Positions 54,409-64,000 of a stretch of 64,000 nucleotides of DNA are shown here, piece by piece; the first letter of the stretch is position 1, and each line of letters begins with the position of its first letter. The DNA comes from Octopus sinensis (lineage: Eukaryota). Below the pieces are notes generated by a model that worked only from the letters and a program-made list of their open reading frames with translations, made no database searches and was not told the DNA's origin. Location: the NCBI RefSeq assembly GCF_006345805.1, contig NW_021833074.1:20474-84473 (forward strand). The letters are read 5' to 3'. Both the position numbers and the translations under genes were made by a program.

Positions 54409-54567
54409 GGATTGGCTGTGTTGTAAGTAGCTTGCTTACCAACCACATAGTTCCAGGTTCAGTCCCACTGCGTGGCACCTTGGGCAAGTGTCTTCTACTA
54501 TAGCCTCGGGCCGACCAAGGCCTTGTGAGTGGATTTGGTAGACGGAAAGTGAAAGAAGGCCGTCGTA

Positions 54568-54650
<83 letters not shown>

Positions 54651-54879
54651 GTGTGTGTGTGAGTTTTTGTATGTTTGTGTGTCTGTGTTTGTCCCCCCAA
54701 CATCGCTTAGCAACCGATGCTGGTGTGTTTACGTCCCCGTAACTTAGCGGTTCGGCAAAACAGACCGATTGAATAAGTACTAGGCTTTCAAAGAATAAGT
54801 CCTGGGGTCGATTTGCTCGACTAAAGGCGGTGCTCCAGCATGGCCACAGTCACATGACTGAAACAAATAAAAGAGTAAA
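54409..54879 (+). mobile_element. SINE family B (mirror at 62110-62548)
   Basis: Full-length head, CORE-like segment and tail. Confidence 0.9.
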
Positions 54880-55316
54880 TATTTCGTTTACATAATATTT
54901 AGTATAATGTAGTTTAGTATAATATATGATATTTGCCATATTATGCGATATAAGTAAAATTAAATAGAAAAAAGCTGGAAAAATCAGAAACATCGAAAAC
55001 GAAACAGTGTATATGTATGAATAAATGAGTAAATAAGAAAATAAAAAATATATCATGAGGAGAATAACGGTGGTGATGCAGGAAGATAGAAAGAGAGTAT
55101 ATAAAGAAGCAATAAAGGTTGTATTTAAATATGTTTATGGGTAACAGTTTGGGCAGCAATAATAACGGTGCTTGAAGAAAGAAAATGAAAAGACTCGTAA
55201 TAATAGTTAGAATTCATGAAATAACAGTAAAAATAATAATAATGTTGATGATGATGATGATGATGACGATGCCGATGATGATGATAACGATAATAATAAT
55301 AATAATAATAATAATA

Positions 55317-55390
<74 letters not shown>

Positions 55391-55849
55391 TTATATTATT
55401 ATTATTATTATATTATTATTATTATCATTATTATTATTATTATTATTATCATATTGACAAATTATATAAATATAAGGACCTGAAAATTGAAATACAAAAG
55501 ATATGACATCCTAAAGCGAGAAGTGTTCCTGTTATTGTGGGTGCTTTTACCTCCCTAAGATTTCAGTCATACTATAACATCTCTTATCCTTCGCTTGCCC
55601 TAGATCGCTGGGTGCGTTCTCGGCAAGTGATTGTAACAAACATGCAGATTAAAAGTAGAGTATTGCTCATATACTACGGAAAGCACTCTCCATCTAAAGT
55701 GAAATAAATATGGTGGTAATTTTAGCATGCATAGCAAAACAAAAGTGCCCTTGCTACTCTTGGCCTCCGGAGGCTGCACAGAACTAATGCAGCTGAAATA
55801 AAGTTATAATGGAAAGAAACTATAAATGATGATGATGATGATGATAACG

Positions 55850-55882
<33 letters not shown>

Positions 55883-55940
55883 TAATAATAATAATAATAA
55901 TAATAATAACGATGATGATGATGACGATGATAATGATGAC

Positions 55941-55989
<49 letters not shown>

Positions 55990-56183
55990 TTGATAATGAT
56001 GATGACGATGATGATGATATAAACAAGTTTTTATGCATAGCTGAATAAAAGAATGCTTGGAGATGTTCACAGTTTTATCAGTAAACAATACATTTGTATG
56101 TCACATCATGAAACTCTGAGTTTTCGTGGACATCTTTGTCTATTTACCCTAAATAAGACACAGCTATATCGTATTACACAGTA

Positions 56184-56398
56184 AGACGACGAGTCGGTTG
56201 AATCGTTCTTACGCACAGCAAAATGCTTAGCAACATTTTGTCTGTCTTTACGTTCTGAGTTCAAATTCCGTCGAGGTTGAGTTGCTGTTCATCTTTTCGG
56301 AGTCGATAAAGCGAGTACCAATTGAGTACTGAGGTCGATGTTATCGAGTTACTCATTCCCCCGAAATTGCTGGCCTCGTGCCAAAGTTTGAAACAAAT
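56184..56398 (+). mobile_element. SINE family A (mirror at 60070-60288)
   Basis: GAGTTCAAATTCCGTCGAGG. Confidence 0.85.
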
Positions 56399-57107
56399 AT
56401 CACATTACACAGAGGATATAAATTATGCGTCTATCCATTTTGATAACATAAGAGACTATTAATAGATGCAAAAAAATATGTTATATTCACCTATCATTTT
56501 TATGTTTATTTATATAATTGTTTCATCCAGTCAAATGGATTTTATACAAAAACCTGATGAGTCGATGATTAATCGATATCGCTGCAATGTGTTGTTACAC
56601 ATCTTTGGCTACCTTCGGTCATCGCTGACCATGGGTATCACGTCCGTCCATTTATTGTCCAGGTTGGGCCCCTCGACTTGAGCCATGGAGACCAATGCGA
56701 GAATGGCAGTCTCGGTCGCATCTGTATGTAGATTCCGGTCTGTCGGCTTTCGATCCCTTACATCGGGCTCGCTTTTCTGCAGCTACAGCTGACAGCATCA
56801 CTTCACCGATCCGTAGCTGTTTGAGAAGTGTGCTTTTTTACCTAGCGTGGTCTGCTGTCAGGTCCTCCCAGGAGTTGATGTCGATGTTGAGCGCCTCCCT
56901 GTCCCAAAATAACTCCTTATACTGAAGTCTAATATTTCCCTCCATTTAACTATATCACATCATCTCTGCTGAAGGAATGTTCCTAATATCCCAGAAACAG
57001 CTGTAAAACTAAATTTCTCTTTATAGATATCCTGAAAATTCCACACAAGCTTGGCTTTGCTGTCTAATTTTATTTAACACACACACACATACACACACAC
57101 ACACATG

Positions 57108-57170
<63 letters not shown>

Positions 57171-57553
57171 ATTTATGTATCTATCTATCTATCTATATAT
57201 ATATATATATACATGTGTGTGTATTCGGTATTGCTGGTCAATTTGTAGTAAACAACAAAATATCTACTAATGATGTACCTCCTTGAGTAAATGTTATTTT
57301 TATTACTGAGCTGATCGAGGCACAAGTTTCGCCGTCATGGCTTGGTTAACCAGTTGCCATGGTAATCGCGTTGTTTCAGCTGAGATAGCACTAGCTGGAG
57401 TAAAAGAATGAGTAATTTCCCTTGAATTATTATCTATGCGGTGTGAGCGAGTTATTTCCTCCTTGTTGATTACGATGTCGAAATTTAGATTTTACTTTAA
57501 ATTACAATTGTCAGAGTGTGTGTGTGTGTGGTCACATACATACATACATATTA

Positions 57554-57603
<50 letters not shown>

Positions 57604-57604
57604 G

Positions 57605-57654
<50 letters not shown>

Positions 57655-57660
<6 letters not shown>

Positions 57661-57960
57661 TAAATAAGGGTAGAAATTGATATTAATCAATTAAAACCAG
57701 TGGCCTAGCATATTTTTTAAAAATCCGAAGATTAAAAGTTTCTTACATACAAAATTTATAGGACTGATCACTAAAAGTGGACAGTCTATGTGCTAGATAT
57801 AGACGTCAAAATCGCTATTTTCCACGAAGAATGTGTTCTCAAGAAAAGCTCTTTTTGATGAGTTTTTTCTTGAGAACACATTCTTCGTGGAAAATAGCGA
57901 TTTTGACGTCTATATCTAGCATATAGACTGTCCACTTTTAGTGATCACTCCTATAAATTT

Positions 57961-57965
<5 letters not shown>
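57655..57965 (-). mobile_element. (TA)n-embedded foldback element: ~219-bp palindrome (57747-57965) plus ~90-nt tail
   Basis: ~100-bp arms nearly perfectly inverted around ~57855; (TA)n on both sides. Confidence 0.8.
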
Positions 57966-58022
<57 letters not shown>

Positions 58023-58276
58023 TATAGTTCGGATAAAAGCATAAAAATAATGTTACATTAATCTGATGCGTCACGCTATACTTTTGTAGGGTATAAATAT
58101 CATTATCCTTAAACAAGAATGTTGTTGACAGTGACTTCGAAGCTTCGGCCAGCGAATACATATTTACAGGGACAATGGAGTGAACAATTCGTTTTATTAC
58201 ATAACTTTGCAATTGTTTTCAACGATATTTTATTACAATAGTATTGCTGTATTATTATTGTATAATATGTGTAACA

Positions 58277-59853
58277 GTCGCTTATTTCGCCCTTGTTCTT
58301 GTACAGAGTAACAATCTTTTCATCTCTCATGTCTTGCGGTACAGCTCCCTCTCTCCTGCATTGGCAGAGGACTTTGTGCAAAGAGCGCGGTAGGGTAATC
58401 TTGCAGCGCTTGATGAGATGTGGTGGGATGCTGTCGCTGCCTTGAGCTTTGCCCGCAACTAGGCTGTCGATGGTCTTGCTGAGCTGATGAATACATGTTG
58501 CATTCATCGACCTCACCAAGGCTTTCGATCTTGTCAGCAGAGACGGCTTCTTCAAGGCGATCCATATGATTGGCTGTCCTCCAACACTGCACAGCTTAAT
58601 CGAGTTCTTTCACTCAAACATGTAGGGGACTGAGCAGTTCAACGGCAACCTCTCTGAGCCCTTCGACATACGCAACGGAGCCAAGCAGGGCTGTGTGCTC
58701 GCCCCAAAGATCTTTGTGATCTTTTTCTCTCTCCTTCTGAGATGCGCATTCGGCACAGCACCAGAAGGGATCTACATGCGGACCAGATCAGATGGCAGAC
58801 CCTTCAATCTCGCCTGTCTAAAAGCGAGGACAAAGGTCTGTGAAGCTGTCATCAGAAACATTCTATTTGCTGACCACGCTGCAGTTACGGCCCACTCCCA
58901 ACGGGAGCTGCAGCTGCTAATGGACCGCTTCTCTCAGGCCTGTAAGGATTTTGAGCTGACCATCAGCCTGAAGAATACAAACGCCCTGGCGCAAGGCACA
59001 CCAGCACAACCTGCCGTCACCATCAATGACTACGAACTTGAAGTTGTTCATCTGTTCACCTACCTTGAGTCCATAACTGACAACCTCTCTTTCGATGCCG
59101 TGATTGACAAGAGAATTGGGAAGGCAAGCACTACGCTCACGCGCCTCACATCAAGAATGTGGACAAACCCACAGTTGACAGCGAAAACTAAGATGGCTGT
59201 GTACAACGCCTGTGTCCTCAGCACCCTGTTGTATGGCTGCGAGACATGGACCACATACATCGTCAGAAAAAAATAGCTGAACAGCTTCCATCTCAGAAGC
59301 CTACGACGCATACTGGGCATCTCTTGCCAGGACGAGATGACCAACACCGACGTTCTGACTTGTGGTGGCTTCCCTTCCATGTACACCTTGCTGAGACAAC
59401 GTCGACTACGCTGGCTAGGCCATGTTCGCCGTATGGAGGACGGCCGAATCTCAAAAGACATTCTCTACAGAGAATTCGCAGCAGGACAGAGAAACAAGAG
59501 CCGCCCGCAGCTGAGGTACAAGAACGTGTGCAAGAGGGACAGGGAGGCGCTCAACATCGACATCAACTCCTGGGAGGACCTAGCAGCAGACCACACTAGG
59601 TAAAAAAGCACACTTCTCAAACAGTTACGGATCGGTGAAGTGAAGCTGTCAGCTGTAGCTGCAGAAAAGCGAGCCCGATGTAAGGGATCGAAAGCCGACA
59701 GACCGGAATCTACATACAGATGCGACCGAGACTGCCATTCTCGCATTGGTCTCCATGGCCACAAGAGGCGCTGCTCAAGCCCAGTGGCCCAACCTGGACA
59801 ATAAATGGACGGACGTGATACCCATGGTCAGCGATGACCGAAGGTATCCAAAG
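58277..59853 (+). mobile_element. 5'-truncated RTE-clade LINE with inverted 5' segment and 10-bp TSD
   Basis: Sense part from ~58492: AFIDLTKAFD, GAKQGCVLAP, LFADHAA, LLYGCETW, RRLRWLGHV. Antisense part 58277-~58485: SKTID..GKAQGSD..IVTLYKNKG..SDC. TSD ATGTGTAACA at 58267-58276 and 59854-59863. Confidence 0.9.
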
Positions 59854-60535
59854 ATGTGTAACAACACGTTGCAGCGATACTATTATGGTGATATCGATTA
59901 ATCATCGACTCATCAGGTTTTTGTATAAAATCCATTTGACTGGATGAAACAATTAAATAAATAAACATAAAAATGATAGGTGAATATAACATATTTTTTT
60001 GCATCTATTAATAGTCTCTTATGTTATCAAAATGGATAGACGCATAATTTATATCCTCTGTGTAATGTGATATTTGTTTCAAACTTTGGCACGAGGCCAG
60101 CAATTTCGGGGGAGTGAGTAACTCGATAATATCGACCTAAGTACTCAATTGGTACTCATTTTATCGACTCCGAAAAGATGAACAGCAACTCGACCTCGAC
60201 GGAATTTGAACTCAGAACGTAAAGACAGACAAAATGTTGCTAAGCATTTTGCTGTGCGTAAGAACGATTCAACCGACTCGTCGTCTTACTGTGTAATACG
60301 ATATAGCTGTGTCTTATTTAGGGTAAATAGACAAAGATGTCCACGAAAATTTAGAGTTTCATGATGTGACATACAAAAGTATTGTTTACTGATAAAACTG
60401 TGAACATCTCTAAGCATTCTTTTATTCAGCTATGCCTAAAAACCTGCTTATATCATCATCATCGTCATCATCATCATCTCATCATCATCATCATCATCTC
60501 ATCATCATCATCATCATCACATCATCATCATCATC

Positions 60536-60592
<57 letters not shown>

Positions 60593-60619
60593 ATTATTAT
60601 TATTATATTATTATTATTA

Positions 60620-60683
<64 letters not shown>

Positions 60684-61328
60684 CATCATCATCTTCATCA
60701 TCATTTATGGTTTCCTTCCATTAAAACTTTATTTCAGCTTCATTAGTTCTGTGCAACCTTCGGAGGCCAAGAGTAGCAAGGGCACTTTTGTTTTGCTATG
60801 CATGCTAAAATTACCACCATATATATTTCACTTTAGATGGAGAGTGCTTTCCGTAGTATATGAGCAATACCCATTATTATTATTATTACTACTTTTTACT
60901 TTTAATCTGCATGTTTGTTACAATCACTTGCCGAGAACGCACCCAGCGATCTAGGGCAAGCGAAGTATAAGAGATGTTATAGTATGACTGAAATCTTAGG
61001 GAGGTAAAATGGCAGGGACAGTAGCGAAATATCTTCATGTAATACAACGCAAACATTTAAGTGGATAGGGTTTTTCTAAGGATGTGGATAGCACATGACA
61101 GCTCAATTTTTGGATTTCTCTGAGACATGGATCTTCTGGGATGTTATCTAGATGTTTCTGACATCCCTTTTTTTATCATACCTAAAGCACCCACAATAAC
61201 AGGAACAGTTCTCGCTTTAAGATGTCATATCTTTTGTATTTCAATTTTCAGGTCCTTATATTTATATAATTTGACAATATGATAATAATAATAATAATAA
61301 TGATAATAATAATAATAATATAATAATA

Positions 61329-61382
<54 letters not shown>

Positions 61383-61399
61383 ATGATAATAAAAATAAA

Positions 61400-61450
<51 letters not shown>

Positions 61451-61497
61451 TAATAATAATAATATATAATAATAATAATGATAATAATAATAATATA

Positions 61498-61543
<46 letters not shown>

Positions 61544-61573
61544 TATTATTATTATAATGATAATAAAAATAAA

Positions 61574-61619
<46 letters not shown>

Positions 61620-61639
61620 TAATAATAATAATAATTATA

Positions 61640-61689
<50 letters not shown>

Positions 61690-62308
61690 CGATATCATCA
61701 TCATCATCATCATCATCATCATCGTCATCATCATCATCATCATCAACATTATTATTATTTTAACCATTATTTCATGAATTCTAACTATTATTACGAGTCT
61801 TTTCATTTTCTTTCTTCAAGCACCGTTATTATTGCTGCCCAAACTGTTACCCATAAACATATTTAAATACAACCTTTATTGCTTCTTTATATACTCTCTT
61901 TCTATCTTCCTGCATCACCACCGTTATTCTCCTCATGATATATTTTTTCATTTTCTTATTTACTCATTTATTCATACATATACACTGTTTCGTTTTCGAT
62001 GTTTCTGATTTTTCCAGCTTTTTTCTATTTAATTTTACTTATATCGCATAATATGGCAAATATCATATATTATACTAAACTACATTATACTAAATATTAT
62101 GTAAACGAACTCTTTACTCTTTTACTCTTTTATTTGTTTCAGTCATGTGACTGTGACCATGCTGGAGCACAGCCTTTAGTCGAGCAAAGGACTTATTCTT
62201 TGTAAGCCTAGTACTTATTCTATCGGTCTCTTTTGCCGAACCGCTAAGTTACGGGAACGTAAACACACCAGCATCGGTTGTTAAGCTATGTTGGGGGGGA
62301 CAAACATA

Positions 62309-62375
<67 letters not shown>

Positions 62376-64000
62376 GTACATACATATATACGACGGCCTT
62401 CTTTCAGTTTCCGTCTACCAAGTCCACTGACAAGGCCTTGGTCGGCCCGAGGCTATAGTAGAAGACACTTGCCCAAGGTGCCACGCAGTGGGACTGAACC
62501 TGGAACCATGTAGTTGGTAAGCAAGCTACTTACCACACAGCCACTCCTTCGTTTTTGTTTTACTTTCTACAAACACACACACACACACATGTATGCATGC
62601 ATAAGTATAAAGAGTTTATATGTACTTTCGTAATTGAGACAAGAATTCCAGATCTGAGATTTTTAGTAAATGTAAACATGGACAAATTTATTTTGTTGAA
62701 CTGGAGAATACCACCCTCTCTGAATTAAGTATGCAGTCTCACAAACTTTAGCCTTCTCCCTGTGAAGCAATTTACACAAACCATATAATAATTTATTCGA
62801 GTAAGCAAAAGGGGTGCAATCAAGCTGATGAAGGAAGTGAATGTCCATTTAAAATTCAAGGTCATTTTTTGCACACGAAAGGCCCTGTTAAACGCTCATA
62901 TAATCTTCCTCGGCAATCTGAACTCCTGATTGGTATCCCACCCTAATCTCTTATAGATCTGATGAAAACAGAAGGAACATGAGAAACGACTAGAGGGAGA
63001 GGGTCAAATAAAAGTGGATGAGAAAAAAACCCCAGAAATTTAAAAGTTGCGTCCTTTGTGCCCATTCGAATCAATTCTAAAACGGTTTGTGTATAAATTA
63101 ATGTAACAGGGAGAAAGTCATAGTTTGTGAGACTGTATGCTTAAACCGAAGAGGATGGTGTCCTCCCGTTCAACAAAAGAAACTTGTGAATTTTTAATAA
63201 ATATCTCAGATCTAAAAAGGATAGATCTTTCGGCTAAACAAAGTCTGCATTTCCTTTGTCTATTAACGCATGGAATGAATCGTTCCACGATGATCTTAAT
63301 GGTGCGTAGCGTGCATACGTCCTTCCGACATATGGATAAGAGAAAAACCACAAGATAAGTTAACCATATCTGGACTTGAGACACAAATGTAAACTGTTTA
63401 TTTCAGTAATAAAAACTAACAAGTAATATTAAAATGTAAATATTTTATTTAACAACAAATCATAATAAGTATTACAAAACATCATATGTAAAAATGTTAA
63501 TTTCGTTCTTCGTTTTGTTTCTAAAAATGGAAAAATAGTTATTTCCCCTATATTTACTTTAAAGTATGACTTGAATAAGTTGTAAGTTTAATTTATATTA
63601 TAAATCTCTTTATTTAGATTTGAATTAAAATATAAACTAATGTTTTACCATAAATATATATACATGTGTGTATGGTATTGCATATGTATACATGAAAATA
63701 TAAATATATATATATGTGTGTGTGTGTGTGTTTGTGTGTGTATGTTGTATGTATGTATGTATGTATGTATGTATATATATATATGTGTGTGTGCGTATGT
63801 GTGCGTATGTGTGCGTATGTGTGTGTATGAATAAGTAAACTTGTACATATGAATATGCATGTATGTAGACGTACGTGTATGTGTATGTATATATACAAAA
63901 ATAGAGTGGTGTACGTACTTGTGCATATATATGTGTGTGTGTGTGTGTGTATGTGTTTGTGTGTGTGTGTGTCTATATGAATGTATGTATTATGCAACAA
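59536..64000 (-). repeat. Inverted segmental duplication, right arm (runs off the window)
   Basis: The last bases TTATGCAACAA match TTGTTGCATAA at 52743. Confidence 0.95.
61010..61280 (-). mobile_element. Dong/R4-like RLE 3' stub next to (TAA)n (partly deleted mirror at 55451-55548)
   Basis: KYKDLKIEIQK..VPVIVGALGMIKKGCQKHL..HILRKTLST*. Confidence 0.75.

Larger units (their letters stand above)
52743..56905 (+). repeat. Inverted segmental duplication, left arm
   Basis: Collinear reverse complement of 59536-64000 through unique DNA, SINEs, PLE/Dong/RTE fragments and microsatellites; about 97% identity in one ~400-bp stretch compared by eye. Confidence 0.95.

Noticed and set aside
62955-62995. 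CTGATGA...GAAAC motif (mirror near 53975-54005)
   Set aside because: No stem I, II or III pairing can be drawn; at best a badly decayed hammerhead.

Overview
AT-rich, microsatellite-saturated animal genomic DNA. The SINE families and repeat content fit an octopus, but that is an inference and no database was searched. There is one supportable host gene: a secreted-pathway three-domain multicopper oxidase (laccase-like). Its catalytic region is one ~2 kb coding exon (ATG 42430, donor after 44425), spliced to a small terminal exon (47522-47619) encoding a hydrophobic anchor. The rest is mostly decayed mobile DNA: Dong/R4-like LINEs sitting in (TAA)n, Tx1/L1-like LINEs, a 5'-inverted RTE insertion with a target-site duplication (TSD), Penelope-like elements (PLEs) of two types, three tRNA-derived SINE families, two non-autonomous Helitrons and a MITE-like element. 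A >=4.2 kb inverted segmental duplication spans 52743-56905 versus 59536-window end. The most interesting unannotated signal is a set of short elements, mostly (TA)n-embedded and often foldback, that carry minimal type I hammerhead-ribozyme folds. One has a perfectly compensated G3:C8 swap of the canonical C3:G8 core pair on both arms of a 289-bp palindrome, and another has a possible U3:A8 variant. Nearly all ORFs in the supplied track are microsatellite artefacts. No CRISPR, rRNA or true tRNA genes were found. Repeat boundaries are read by eye and approximate unless a TSD or terminal motif is given.
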